Origin: Candidatus Saccharimonadota bacterium
GTDB taxonomy: Bacteria; Patescibacteriota; Saccharimonadia; Saccharimonadales; JACDFO01
Direction of reading: 5' to 3'
NCBI GenBank assembly: GCA_013815785.1
Contig: JACDFO010000002.1
Span: 1 to 47,231 of the forward strand
Length of the DNA: 47,231 nucleotides
Shown here piece after piece: positions 1-10,011 of the stretch. The first letter of the stretch is position 1; every line of letters starts with the position of its first letter. The position numbers and the translations under genes are program-made. The notes below the pieces were generated by a model that did no database searches, was not told the origin of the DNA, and worked only from the letters and a program-made list of their open reading frames with translations.

Positions 1-1298
1 GGATTTTGACCGATAACGTCCATCATGCGTGTCAAAGCGGCCGATGCGCTTGAAGCGTGAAAAGTCGATAATACTAAATGCCCGGTAAGCGCCGCCTGCA
101 AAGCAGTTTTAGCTGTATCCATATCACGAATTTCTCCAACCATGATAATATTCGGGTCTTGGCGCAACATGGCACGTAATCCTGCTGCAAAGGTCATGCC
201 GGCTTTTGGATTAACCTGGGTTTGATTTGCGCCTGGGATTTTATACTCAACCGGATCCTCGATCGTTGAAATATTGACTGCCGGCTTGTTAAGTAGGCTA
301 AGTATACTAAACAGGCTGGTGGATTTACCAGAACCAGTCGGTCCCGTCACCAAAACCATGCCATGGGGTTGCTTGATCGCCTTATTGATTGAATTGAGCG
401 AAAGGCCCCAATACCCGAGCTCTTCTAATGTGGCCGCCTGACTACCCTCGCTGAGAATACGCATAACAACCTTTTCACCTTCAGAAATTGGCAAGGTAGA
501 AACACGAAGCGCATACAAACCACTGCCAACTTGAATCTTAAATCGGCCGTCTTGTGGGGCTCGTCGTTCGTCAATCTTAAGATTGCTTAAGATTTTGATA
601 CGGGACACCAATGCACCGTGTACTTTTTTCGGTAGTTTGTTAGCTTCACGCAAAACACCGTCGACACGGTAGCGGACGATAATGTGGTTTTCTCTTGGCT
701 CAATGTGGATATCGCTAGCGCTGGAGCGAATAGCGTATTCAATGATAAGGTTGACTGTCTGGGCGATCGGCGAATCTTCGGCGAGGTCCTGCTCGTCAAT
801 CTCTTCAACCGTAGACTCTTCCTCATCTTCGCTAGAAACGACTTTGGTAATTTCGTTGCCCATACTGCCGCGGTATTGGTCTAGGGCAGACTGAATGCTA
901 CTTCTGGTTGCAATGTGGACTTTGATTTGCTCGCCAAGTTGTTTTTGCAAGAAGCTGACCGCCTGAATATCGTCAGGGTCTTCCATGGCCAAAAGCTTGG
1001 TCTTATCTTCTTCAACACCGAATAACACCACGTTGTACTGACGAGCGATTCGTTCGGGAATGAGCTTCAATACTTCGTGCTTGATCTCTTTTGGATTCAG
1101 CTCGACATATGGGACGTCGATTTCTTCAGCATATAGCTTGGTCAGATCTTTTTCATCTATCAGATTATTCTGAACAACTAAATCCTGCAGAGGTTTTTTC
1201 TCTGCGTCGCCTTGTTCGTGCAAGGAAGCTATCTGCTCGGGCGTGATACGATCAGCGTTTTTAAGCAGCTTCTCCACCAATGAATCTGATATGCGCAT
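1..1298 (-). CDS. pilB: GspE/PilB-family type IV pilus / type II secretion ATPase (3' end runs off the window)
   Basis: Not in ORF track; read by hand from ATG at 1298: MRISDSLVEKLLKN..., ASDIHIEP, DERRAPQDGRF, Walker A GPTGSGKS, STIEDPVEY, RQDPNIIMVGEIRD, GHLVLSTFH. Confidence 0.92.
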   Translation of the reverse strand, partial: MRISDSLVEKLLKNADRITPEQIASLHEQGDAEKKPLQDLVVQNNLIDEKDLTKLYAEEIDVPYVELNPKEIKHEVLKLIPERIARQYNVVLFGVEEDKTKLLAMEDPDDIQAVSFLQKQLGEQIKVHIATRSSIQSALDQYRGSMGNEITKVVSSEDEEESTVEEIDEQDLAEDSPIAQTVNLIIEYAIRSSASDIHIEPRENHIIVRYRVDGVLREANKLPKKVHGALVSRIKILSNLKIDERRAPQDGRFKIQVGSGLYALRVSTLPISEGEKVVMRILSEGSQAATLEELGYWGLSLNSINKAIKQPHGMVLVTGPTGSGKSTSLFSILSLLNKPAVNISTIEDPVEYKIPGANQTQVNPKAGMTFAAGLRAMLRQDPNIIMVGEIRDMDTAKTALQAALTGHLVLSTFHASSASAALTRMMDVIGQN

Positions 1299-1427
1299 TT
1301 CACCACATTATATAAGAACTTGAGCATAAGCGGTAAAACAATTTTAAAAGCACGCTAAATCACGGGCGTAGATTTTGTTATACTGCATGGAGTAAATGAA
1401 ATAGGGTAGGGGAAGGAACATCTGTAC

Positions 1428-2459
1428 ATGGCAAGCACTAAAGACACTAAGACCGATTCCCAAAAAGAGAGCCAAAAAGAGGGAAAAAGCAAAGCACTGG
1501 GCTTGGCTCTAGAGACGATTGAGAAGCAATTTGGTAAGGGTTCAATCATGAAACTCGGTGATTCCTACAAAGCTGATATAGAAACGACCTCCACTGGTAG
1601 CTTGAGCCTTGATATCGCCCTAGGTGGCGGTATTCCAAAGGGACGTATAGTCGAAGTATATGGTCCGGAAAGTTCTGGTAAGACTACGCTCACCCTACAT
1701 GCGATCGCAGCTATTCAGAAGACAGGTGGCACGGCCGCGTTTATAGATGCCGAACATGCCCTAGACCCATCGTATGCCAAGCGGATTGGGGTAGATGTAG
1801 AGAACTTGCTGCTCAGCCAACCAGATAATGGTGAGCAGGCGCTCGAAATCGTAGAAACGCTAGTTCGTTCCAATGCGGTTGATTTAATTGTTGTTGACTC
1901 CGTTGCTGCACTGGTTCCTAGGGCAGAAATAGAAGGGGACATGGGTGACAGCCACATGGGCTTGCAGGCTCGTCTCATGAGCCAGGCACTTCGTAAACTC
2001 ACCGGTGTTATTAGCCGTTCACATACGACAGTTATCTTCATTAACCAGATTCGTATGAAGATTGGTGTCATGTTTGGTAATCCAGAAACGACCACCGGCG
2101 GTAACGCGTTAAAGTTCTACGCTTCAGTTCGTATGGATATTCGCCGTATTTCGCAAATCAAACAAGGTGAAGCGATTGTAGGTAACCGCACACGCGTCAA
2201 AGTTGTCAAAAACAAAGTAGCCCCACCATTCCGCCAAGCAGAGTTTGACATCATGTATAACGAAGGCATAAGCCGCTCCGGTGATGTGCTGGATTTGGGC
2301 ATCAAATATGAAATCGTTGAAAAGAGCGGAGCATGGCTGACATATGGTTCCCACAAAGTCTCTGGCCGTGAATCGATGCGTCAGTACCTGATAGAAAATC
2401 CGAAAGTCATGGAAGAAATTGCAGGCAAAGTCCGCGAAGCCGTAGAAAAGGAATCTTAG
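1428..2459 (+). CDS. recA: Recombinase A
   Basis: GPESSGKTT Walker [49 protein letters not shown]. Confidence 0.99.
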   Translation: MASTKDTKTDSQKESQKEGKSKALGLALETIEKQFGKGSIMKLGDSYKADIETTSTGSLSLDIALGGGIPKGRIVEVYGPESSGKTTLTLHAIAAIQKTGGTAAFIDAEHALDPSYAKRIGVDVENLLLSQPDNGEQALEIVETLVRSNAVDLIVVDSVAALVPRAEIEGDMGDSHMGLQARLMSQALRKLTGVISRSHTTVIFINQIRMKIGVMFGNPETTTGGNALKFYASVRMDIRRISQIKQGEAIVGNRTRVKVVKNKVAPPFRQAEFDIMYNEGISRSGDVLDLGIKYEIVEKSGAWLTYGSHKVSGRESMRQYLIENPKVMEEIAGKVREAVEKES

Positions 2460-2460
2460 G

Positions 2461-2676
2461 GTGGAAGGTCTAGATTTCCCAAATAGACTGTCATTAGAAC
2501 GACCAAGAACTCCATTAGATTCTGAACTTAGTACTACCGAATCAAATACGTGGACTAGAGTTAAGCTAGATGACGGCATGGACTCAATGTCTTGTTTTGA
2601 AGAACAATCTCCCCAGGGTGAAGTACTAGGCCGTGTTTGGGTTAGGCGTGGTGTGTTTGCTGAAGAAACGGAGTAG
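2461..2676 (+). CDS. Small hypothetical protein (71 aa)
   Basis: GTG ORF that fills the recA-recX gap almost exactly (1 nt after the recA stop, 5 nt before the recX start); no motif recognised. Confidence 0.45.
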   Translation: MEGLDFPNRLSLERPRTPLDSELSTTESNTWTRVKLDDGMDSMSCFEEQSPQGEVLGRVWVRRGVFAEETE

Positions 2677-2681
2677 TTTCT

Positions 2682-3290
2682 ATGAAAATTACTGCCATCA
2701 AGCAGCAAGTCAAACGTGCCGATAGGTACTCTATTTATGGTGATGAAAAGTATTTATTCTCCTTTTCCGAAGGCGAGTTGCTGGCTAGTGGAATAAGAAT
2801 TGGCCAGGAGCTCGACGAACAACGTCTTGAAGAGCTTAGAAACAAAGCGGTTGTCGATAAGGCGTATGACCGGGCCATAAATTTAATTTCCCGCCGTTTT
2901 AGAAGTGAGTGGGAGTTGCATGACTATTTAAAGCGCAAAGAGTACGATGGAAATGTTCGGGATAAAGTAGTTGACCAGCTGCGTGAGCGTGGTTATGTAA
3001 ACGACACAGATTTTGCAAAACGCTGGGTAGAGAATCGACGACTGCTTAAAAGTACGAGTAAGCGGCGTTTGAGCCAAGAACTCCACCAAAAACGTATCGC
3101 TGACGATATTATCAAAGAAGTGCTTGAAGCCGACGAAACCGATGAACTCGAAGTTCTAAAAGACTTAGTAGAGCGCAAACGTAAACAGACTAAATACCAA
3201 GATGATTTAAAACTAATGCAGTATCTTGCGCGTCAAGGTTTTTCATACGACTTGATAAAAGAATCTCTTACGACGCCATCGGAGCCGTAA
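2682..3290 (+). CDS. recX: RecX regulatory protein
   Basis: MKITAIKQQVKR N-terminus, RSEWELHDYL, GYVNDTDFAKRWV, LMQYLARQGFSYD; downstream of recA. Confidence 0.93.
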   Translation: MKITAIKQQVKRADRYSIYGDEKYLFSFSEGELLASGIRIGQELDEQRLEELRNKAVVDKAYDRAINLISRRFRSEWELHDYLKRKEYDGNVRDKVVDQLRERGYVNDTDFAKRWVENRRLLKSTSKRRLSQELHQKRIADDIIKEVLEADETDELEVLKDLVERKRKQTKYQDDLKLMQYLARQGFSYDLIKESLTTPSEP

Positions 3291-3795
3291 CTGCTGAACC
3301 AGCTCGGGTCGGTTTGAGAATTTCATTTATAACAATTTTTTTGCTGGTAATCTCGACGATATTGGTCCGATCAACACTTAATTGACCGTTGTTAAGACTC
3401 TTTAAGATCGAACGGCTTACATAAAGTTTCTGAATGTATAGCGTGGTACCATCGGCTGCAAAATCACTAACTTTACCGATTCGTTCTTTGCTAACCGTAT
3501 GCACAGGTTTACCTATCAGCTCAAATTTTAATTCTAAGATATCCTTAAGACGAACTAGTTCGTCTGGATCGGTCAGAGCATGATGATCATTCACTACCAG
3601 TCCTTGCGGTAGGACATCGCGAATTTCTTGGGAAAGGAGAATCATCTGTTTTTTTTCAAACCTGTCTTGACAGTAGAAACCTTCAATCTTCAGATTGTTA
3701 GGATTAATAATAACCCCGAGCGTCGTACCGACCGGCGCTCCGGTTTGCAGGGAAAGTACATCTTTTCCTAGTAAAGCCTCACTGAGTTGCAACAT
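3268..3795 (-). CDS. PRC-barrel domain protein (two repeats)
   Basis: LLGKDVLSLQTGAPVG and LIGKPVHTVSKERIGKVSD PRC-barrel signatures. Confidence 0.75.
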   Translation of the reverse strand: MLQLSEALLGKDVLSLQTGAPVGTTLGVIINPNNLKIEGFYCQDRFEKKQMILLSQEIRDVLPQGLVVNDHHALTDPDELVRLKDILELKFELIGKPVHTVSKERIGKVSDFAADGTTLYIQKLYVSRSILKSLNNGQLSVDRTNIVEITSKKIVINEILKPTRAGSAVTAPMAS

Positions 3796-3852
3796 GGTTT
3801 AAGTATAACGTAATTGCCAGCGTTGCTAACTAGGCTGTAACATATATCAGAT

Positions 3853-4320
3853 ATGAGTGAGAGCATGAACGTACAAACTGATGACGTAACGGCAACCGAG
3901 CAGCTCGGTAATAATATTGGCAGTAAGCTTCGAGGTGGGGAAGTAATCGAACTGATAAGCGACCTAGGTGGGGGCAAAACTACGTTTGTTCGTGGGCTTG
4001 CAAAGGGTGCAGGCAGTAAAGATCACGTATCTAGCCCGACTTTTACGGTTAGCAAGGTGTATAAATCCCCAAAGTTTGAAATTCATCATTTTGATTTTTA
4101 TCGCCTAAGTGAAGCAGGGGTTTTGGTGCACGAACTGCGTGATTTGCTGGGCGATTCAAAAGTGGTCGTGGTAATCGAATGGGGAGAAATTGTGCAGCAC
4201 GTATTACCAGATACACGCTTAACCATAGAGATAAACCAGACGGAGACTGAGGCAAGGGATTTTTACATGACATTCAGCCCTGCATTCAGCTATCTTTTAG
4301 GAAGTGGTGCTTCGAAATGA
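3853..4320 (+). CDS. tsaE: t6A biosynthesis ATPase TsaE
   Basis: SDLGGGKTTFVRGL, VSSPTF, HFDFYRL, IEWG. Confidence 0.97.
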   Translation: MSESMNVQTDDVTATEQLGNNIGSKLRGGEVIELISDLGGGKTTFVRGLAKGAGSKDHVSSPTFTVSKVYKSPKFEIHHFDFYRLSEAGVLVHELRDLLGDSKVVVVIEWGEIVQHVLPDTRLTIEINQTETEARDFYMTFSPAFSYLLGSGASK

Positions 4321-4706
4321 TTATTCTGACCATCCGAACCGACAAACCTGAAGCTGAGCTAGGTTTGTATAAAGACGAAAAGCAGCTAGCATATGAAACC
4401 TGGGAAGCTCACCGCCGATTAGCAGAAACGCTCCACGCAAAGCTCAATAACTTACTTACGTTGCAAGGTTTGTCCTTACAACAGATACAAGGTATCGTGA
4501 TATATGAAGGACCGGGGAGTTTTACGGGCCTTCGAATCGGAATGTCGGTTGCTAATGCTCTTGCATATAGCCTGAGCATTCCCATAATTACTGCAAAAGA
4601 TAATTGGATTGAGTGGGGTATCAAGCGTTTGATGGCAGGTGAATCAGATAAGATCGCTATTCCTGAGTATGGTAAATTTGCAAATACCACTACCCCCAGA
4701 AAATGA
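4317..4706 (+). CDS. tsaB: t6A biosynthesis TsaB (short form, N-terminal domain only)
   Basis: EGPGSFTGLRIG signature; ATGA overlap with tsaE; only 129 aa. Confidence 0.9.
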   Translation: MIILTIRTDKPEAELGLYKDEKQLAYETWEAHRRLAETLHAKLNNLLTLQGLSLQQIQGIVIYEGPGSFTGLRIGMSVANALAYSLSIPIITAKDNWIEWGIKRLMAGESDKIAIPEYGKFANTTTPRK

Positions 4707-4825
4707 GTATTAAACACAACGTTTAAGCATAATGGGCTTGACAATTTAACAGAGGAGACTATAGTCAATTCTGTAGTATTTATTAACAACAAAAAACAAC
4801 CCAAAAATCAAAAAAGGAAATATAA

Positions 4826-5050
4826 ATGAAAACTAAAAGATTGGCCGAATTTGGCTTGTCCTTATCGCTCAGCATGTCATCGCTTCTGGTCGTTGCTGTA
4901 CCGAAGGTTCATGCATCACCACTTGATCTAAGTAATGGTTTTGTATCGATTATCACTAATCCAAAAATTACTATGGTTGCAACATTGTTAGCTAGTGGTG
5001 TGCTCTTAGTAATAGCTCGTCGCTATAATCATGTAAACGCTAGACGCTAA
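4826..5050 (+). CDS. Small secreted/anchored protein (signal peptide + C-terminal TM with basic tail)
   Basis: AAGGA SD; MKTKR...VAVPKVHA-S signal-peptide pattern; ITMVATLLASGVLLVIA-RRY...ARR tail; directly upstream of a sortase. Confidence 0.65.
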   Translation: MKTKRLAEFGLSLSLSMSSLLVVAVPKVHASPLDLSNGFVSIITNPKITMVATLLASGVLLVIARRYNHVNARR

Positions 5051-5074
5051 AAAACTAAAATAAAGATTAAAAAT

Positions 5075-6073
5075 ATGCCAGAGGGCAAACGGATAGAGTC
5101 AGATAGTTCATCATTAGCGGCCAGATCCAGAGGTATCGACCGATCTGTTCGATTTGTGCATCGTCCTTCAGTGCAGCCACCCAAGCTTCGTTCAATGGAC
5201 GGTATCAGTTTAGTTACGTCTCCGCTTAGTCATGGTCTGAATGTTTCTAAACCTCCACCCCAACCTTTAATGATTAAAAAGGTAGTTTCTGGTACGGATG
5301 CAAAACCAAGGCTTGCTCACGTAATGAAACCAGCTTTACCAAGACAGAGTCGTTCAGTAGTACTAACCCGGCAGATGGTGCAGAAAAAGCCAAAAAAACG
5401 CATACCGCACGTATCGCATCGTAGCGGTGTATCCGCTTTGCTCGTTATGATGGCTGTCGCGGTATTTGCAAGCGGCTCCTTCGTGGCTTACATGGGCTGG
5501 AATACTCACAAAAAAGCAGCTGCCCAAGCTGAAGTATTGTCGAGAAGTACTGATAATAAAAATAGTGGCGACGTGCCAGCCGAAGACGCAGTAGATGCCG
5601 ACATTCTAAAAGCCTATCAAGTGTCGCCAGCTTCACCTCGGGTTATCAAGATTCCACGTTTGAAAATTGATGCCCGTGTTAAGCCTCTAAGTCTCAAAGA
5701 CTCTGGGGACCTGATGGCTCCAGATAATATCAATGATGTCGGGTGGTATGATGGCAGTTCAAAACCTGGCGAGAATGGTGCTGTTCTCGTAGATGGTCAC
5801 GTACAAGGACCCACAAAGCCGGGAGTATTTTATCGACTAACCAATTTGAAAGAAGGCGACACGGTTGAAATCGAGCGTGGCGACGGCAAGCTAATTACTT
5901 ACAAAGTTGTAATGACAGAATCCGTCGACCAAGATAAAGTAAACATGACAAAAGCGCTTACCAGTATTGACCCAAGCAAGCCCGGACTTAATCTTATAAC
6001 GTGCACGGGACGGTACGATGTTCGCACCAATAAGTATGAACAACGTCTGATTATCTACACCGTACAGCAGTAA
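5075..6073 (+). CDS. Class F-type sortase with long basic N-terminal extension
   Basis: TM segment, then VGWY, VDGHV (His), LITCTG (Cys) and EQR (Arg). Confidence 0.88.
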   Translation: MPEGKRIESDSSSLAARSRGIDRSVRFVHRPSVQPPKLRSMDGISLVTSPLSHGLNVSKPPPQPLMIKKVVSGTDAKPRLAHVMKPALPRQSRSVVLTRQMVQKKPKKRIPHVSHRSGVSALLVMMAVAVFASGSFVAYMGWNTHKKAAAQAEVLSRSTDNKNSGDVPAEDAVDADILKAYQVSPASPRVIKIPRLKIDARVKPLSLKDSGDLMAPDNINDVGWYDGSSKPGENGAVLVDGHVQGPTKPGVFYRLTNLKEGDTVEIERGDGKLITYKVVMTESVDQDKVNMTKALTSIDPSKPGLNLITCTGRYDVRTNKYEQRLIIYTVQQ

Positions 6074-6247
6074 TTTGTTGACCGTGTTGCTAATAAAAGC
6101 GTATTATTTAAGTAGGATTTTCCGTCTTTTTGGGAGTGAAGTCCGTCTGATTGTTACAAATTTTTGAAATTCTAAAATACAACCCTGGCTAATGAAGTGA
6201 TAGTGATCGCCAAATGGGGCGTATTTTGGTACTGAAAGGAAAAATAT

Positions 6248-7762
6248 ATGGATCCAATTACCTTGGTACTCGCCGTGGCTGGTATCGCTATTGGGTTTGG
6301 TGCGAACCAAACCATTACAAAGAAAAAACTTGGCAGCGCAGAAGAAGCAGTCGAGAAAGAACTCAAAAAAGCCAAAAAAGAAGCTGACAAAGCAATTAGT
6401 GAAGCTCGCGAAGAAGCTGCTCAGCTAGCCGAAGGTGCTCGCAAAGATGAAACCAACCGGCGCAAAGAAATAAAAGAGATTGAGCAGCGTTTGCTGGACC
6501 GCCAGGTTTCGTTAGATAAAAAGTTGGACGAAATTGACAAACGAGCCGAAGGTTTACGCAAAGGCGAAGACGAGGTTGAGGCGCTGAAGAATGAGATACG
6601 TGATATTCGCGGTAAACAACAGGAAAAATTAGAAAAGATTGCCAAGCTGAGTAAATCCGATGCTGCTGACAAGCTTATGCAAATGACAGAGCGCGATATC
6701 CGTAATGATATGACAGGTTTGATTAACAAGCTCCAAAACGAAGCCAAAGATTTGGCAGAAGAAAAAGCGGGCGCGATCATCGTAGAAGCCATGGAACGTA
6801 TGGCAAGCGAAGTTACAGCCGAACGTACAGTTACGGCCGTGAAGCTGGAAGATGAGGAGATGAAGGGTCGTATTATCGGCAAAGAAGGCCGTAACATTCA
6901 GGCCTTACAACGAGCCACTGGTGTCGATATTATGGTCGACGATACACCTGGAATGATTATCTTAAGCTCGTTCGACCCGGTTCGCCGCGAAGTTGCCCGG
7001 CAATCACTAGAGCTGCTGCTTAAAGACGGGCGTGTACACCCTGGTCGCATAGAAGAAGTGGTTGAAAAGGCTCAGAAGAACGTTCAAAAAGAAGTTACTC
7101 GGGCCGGCGAAGACGCTGCGCGAGAAGTCGGCATTATTGGTATTCCACGCGAAATTATCGAACTGCTCGGCGAGCTTAAGTTCCGTACATCTTACGGCCA
7201 AAACGTGCTCAAGCACAGCACGGAAATGGCGCACATCGCCGGTATTATCGCCGAAGAAGTTGGCGCAAACGTAAAAACCGCAAAATACGCAGCCCTCGTG
7301 CACGATCTGGGTAAGGCTTTAACACACAAAGTAGAAGGCAAACATCACCACATCAGCGGGGAAATGCTACGCAAGTACGGTGCACCTGAAGAAGTTGCAT
7401 TAGCAGCAGAGCAGCATCATGATGACGTCGAGGCAACCTCAACCGAAGCTATCATCATCCGTGTCGTGGATGCCATCAGCGCGGCCCGTCCAGGAGCACG
7501 CAATGTGAGCGCAGAGAACTTTGCAGAACGAATGAAGGACCTAGAAAATGTGGCCAACGGCTTCCCGGGAATCGATAAGTCTTACGCTATCAGCGCCGGC
7601 CGTGAAATCCGGGTGTTCGTTAAGCCCGGTCAGATAGATGACCTTAGCGCCATCAAACTGGCCCGTGACATAGCAACCAAGATTGAAGCTAGCATGCAGT
7701 ACCCCGGCACGATCAAGGTGAACGTTATCCGCGAAACCCGCGCCATAGAGTTCGCCAAGTAA
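6248..7762 (+). CDS. rny: Ribonuclease Y
   Basis: N-terminal TM, coiled coil, KH domain (MKGRIIGKEGRNI), RTSYGQNVL, HD domain (VHDLGK), DAISAARPGAR. Confidence 0.98.
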   Translation: MDPITLVLAVAGIAIGFGANQTITKKKLGSAEEAVEKELKKAKKEADKAISEAREEAAQLAEGARKDETNRRKEIKEIEQRLLDRQVSLDKKLDEIDKRAEGLRKGEDEVEALKNEIRDIRGKQQEKLEKIAKLSKSDAADKLMQMTERDIRNDMTGLINKLQNEAKDLAEEKAGAIIVEAMERMASEVTAERTVTAVKLEDEEMKGRIIGKEGRNIQALQRATGVDIMVDDTPGMIILSSFDPVRREVARQSLELLLKDGRVHPGRIEEVVEKAQKNVQKEVTRAGEDAAREVGIIGIPREIIELLGELKFRTSYGQNVLKHSTEMAHIAGIIAEEVGANVKTAKYAALVHDLGKALTHKVEGKHHHISGEMLRKYGAPEEVALAAEQHHDDVEATSTEAIIIRVVDAISAARPGARNVSAENFAERMKDLENVANGFPGIDKSYAISAGREIRVFVKPGQIDDLSAIKLARDIATKIEASMQYPGTIKVNVIRETRAIEFAK

Positions 7763-7768
7763 CGAACT

Positions 7769-8371
7769 ATGCAGACTGAGATTGAAGCAAAATTCTTACA
7801 TGTCAATCATAATGATATTCGTGAGAGACTAAATAACCTTGGTGCAATTTGTGAGCAGCCTATGAGGCTAATGAGAAGGGTGATGTTAGATCATGCAGAT
7901 CAACGTTATCAACGGGGCAATCAAGCTGAGCGATTACGCGTGCGTGACGAAGGAGACAAGGTAACAGTTACATACAAGGCTTCGAACGAAACAAATTACC
8001 CGTATGAGGTTGAAGCGCGAGTTAATTCATTTGATGAGATGGGTAAGCTACTTAAAGCCCTCGGCTTTGTTGAATATAGTTTTCAAGAATCAAAACGAGA
8101 AACCTGGCATTACAAAAATGTTGAAATCGTTTTAGATGAATGGCCATGGCTTGATCAATATATTGAAATAGAAGGCAAAAGCGAAAAAGATATTAAGAAT
8201 GTAGCTGAAAAATTGGGTTTCGATTGGAAGGATTCTAAATATGGTAGCGTCGATACTGCTTATATGCAGCAATACCCAGGTATGAAAGTAACTGAATCAA
8301 TCGGTGATTTATCTAATGTATGTTTCAATGAACCTTTACCTCAGTATCTAATTGATCGGCAAAGAAAATGA
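7769..8371 (+). CDS. CYTH-domain protein (class IV adenylate cyclase / triphosphate tunnel family)
   Basis: EIEAKF (ExExK), LRVR, VTYK, EVE, KRETW, YIEIEG. Confidence 0.88.
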   Translation: MQTEIEAKFLHVNHNDIRERLNNLGAICEQPMRLMRRVMLDHADQRYQRGNQAERLRVRDEGDKVTVTYKASNETNYPYEVEARVNSFDEMGKLLKALGFVEYSFQESKRETWHYKNVEIVLDEWPWLDQYIEIEGKSEKDIKNVAEKLGFDWKDSKYGSVDTAYMQQYPGMKVTESIGDLSNVCFNEPLPQYLIDRQRK

Positions 8372-9144
8372 AAATACTGTATGTCGGGGATATCATGGGG
8401 CGGCCGGGAGTTGATGTGGTGGCTAAAGTTTTGCCAGATTTGATACAAGAATATGCGGTAGATTTTGTGATTGCTCAGGGGGAGAATGTAACAGAAGGGC
8501 GTGGTATGTCAATTGAAGACATGCAAGAGCTACAAAGTTACGGCGTGGACTTTTTTACGGGAGGTAACTGGAGTTTGTTCCGAGAAGGCGTTTTAACAGA
8601 TGAACATCCAGTAATTCGACCTGCTAATTATCCCGATGGCACACCAGGGGTGGGGTACAAACGCGTTACTTACGCTACAGGTAGCGTACTCGTCGTTACA
8701 TTATTGGGCAAAATTGTTGGAAAAGATGCTGGAAAACCCATTAAAAACCCCTTGCAAACAATAGACGAAATACTTGAAACCGCAGATAAATCAGACGCAA
8801 TAGTTGTTAATTTTCACGGAGATTACTCTAGTGAAAAACGAGTAATTGGCTACTATCTTGATGGCAGAGTGAGTGCTGTTATTGGCGACCACTGGCATGT
8901 GCCAACAGCCGACGCTATGGTTCTACCGAAAGGCACTGCTCATATCACTGATGTAGGAATGTGTGGTACCTTGCACTCCAGCCTAGGCGTTAAAACCGAT
9001 ACCATCATTACCCGCTGGCGGGATGGCTTGGTAAATAAAAATGAACTGGAAACAGAAGGCCCGATGCAATTTAATGCAGTTCTGGTGAACACGGTGGATG
9101 GTCTGGCTAGTGATATTTCGCACATTCAGACCATATTTGAATAA
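8368..9144 (+). CDS. ymdB: YmdB-family metallophosphoesterase
   Basis: GDIMGRPG, GEN, RPANYP, FHGDYSSEK, GDHWHVPTAD, TDVGMCG; in the rny operon. Confidence 0.92.
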   Translation: MKILYVGDIMGRPGVDVVAKVLPDLIQEYAVDFVIAQGENVTEGRGMSIEDMQELQSYGVDFFTGGNWSLFREGVLTDEHPVIRPANYPDGTPGVGYKRVTYATGSVLVVTLLGKIVGKDAGKPIKNPLQTIDEILETADKSDAIVVNFHGDYSSEKRVIGYYLDGRVSAVIGDHWHVPTADAMVLPKGTAHITDVGMCGTLHSSLGVKTDTIITRWRDGLVNKNELETEGPMQFNAVLVNTVDGLASDISHIQTIFE

Positions 9145-9166
9145 TTATTGCTATTATTAATGCACT

Positions 9167-9544
9167 ATGAGCGTTAACACCGCTAATACACTTACATTGC
9201 AGCGTGGGCTGTTAGTTATATGCCTTGCCGAACAGCAGACAGGTCATGAGCTGGCAAAACTGAAAACCCTTATTATAAAAACAGGTCAGACCTACGATGA
9301 AAATCTTGATATCCTGGTGGATGCATCGGCAATTAAAACTTCCGAAGAAAACACTATTACAGTAGCTAGATCATTTTTTATCGAACTGCCTTTTAGAAGC
9401 ATGGCGTTATATGGAGGGAATCTTACCGTAAATGTCGGACTTAGGCTTGTTATCAATATATTTAGTAGTCCTGGAATGGGTGAGGTAAAGATTTTTAAAA
9501 CCGAAGAAAAGGCCCGAGCTTGGCTCAGCGAATATCAAAAATAA
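9167..9544 (+). CDS. STAS/SEC14 (SpoIIAA-like) domain hypothetical protein
   Basis: ILVDAS strand and C-terminal KIFKTEEKARAWL motif. Confidence 0.55.
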   Translation: MSVNTANTLTLQRGLLVICLAEQQTGHELAKLKTLIIKTGQTYDENLDILVDASAIKTSEENTITVARSFFIELPFRSMALYGGNLTVNVGLRLVINIFSSPGMGEVKIFKTEEKARAWLSEYQK

Positions 9545-9567
9545 AATTTTCTAGAATAAGCAGATTA

Positions 9568-9643
9568 TGGTCGGGGTGAAAGGACTCGAACCTTCGACCT
9601 CACGGTCCCAAACCGCGCGCGCTACCAACTGCGCCACACCCCG
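9568..9643 (-). tRNA. tRNA-Pro(UGG)
   Basis: CGGGGTG acceptor, anticodon arm CGCGG-TTTGGGA-CCGTG, GTTCGAGTC T-arm, encoded CCA. Confidence 0.97.
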
Positions 9644-9793
9644 TTATATAAGATGCTTATTCAGTGTGCTATTTTAGCATCTTTATCATGATTTGTTATA
9701 TCTTAATTGTCTTGCATGACCAAAGTTATGTGTTAAAATCATAAGCAGTTACTACAAAAACAAAAAACTCAAAAACTCAAAAAGGAAATCTGT

Positions 9794-9991
9794 ATGGTTG
9801 GATTGGATAAATTTAACGACCTCCTGCAACAAGATGTCACTCGCAAGGAATTTCTGCATTATCTAGGAATTGCATTACTGAGTCTTATTGGGGTAGCAAG
9901 CATGCTGCAAAATCTAAACAGTGCCGTGAACACAAGCACCACTAAAGATACGCAGAATTCCGGCTATAGTGCCGGTCCTTACGGTAGGTAA
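9794..9991 (+). CDS. Small single-TM protein with a twin-arginine-like motif
   Basis: AAGGA SD; TRKEFL then a hydrophobic helix and S/T/G/Y-rich tail. Confidence 0.7.
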   Translation: MVGLDKFNDLLQQDVTRKEFLHYLGIALLSLIGVASMLQNLNSAVNTSTTKDTQNSGYSAGPYGR

Positions 9992-10011
9992 ATTGCGCTA
10001 TAATCAGGCTA

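Noticed and set aside
587..2708. Short ORFs overlapping pilB and recA, including 2124-2708(-)
   Set aside because: Antisense or off-frame to strongly conserved genes; no motifs.
4317..4706. tsaB as a truncated pseudogene
   Set aside because: Signature intact, coupled to tsaE, ends in a TsaB-like P-x-Y motif, and no downstream remnant is visible; more likely a compact form.
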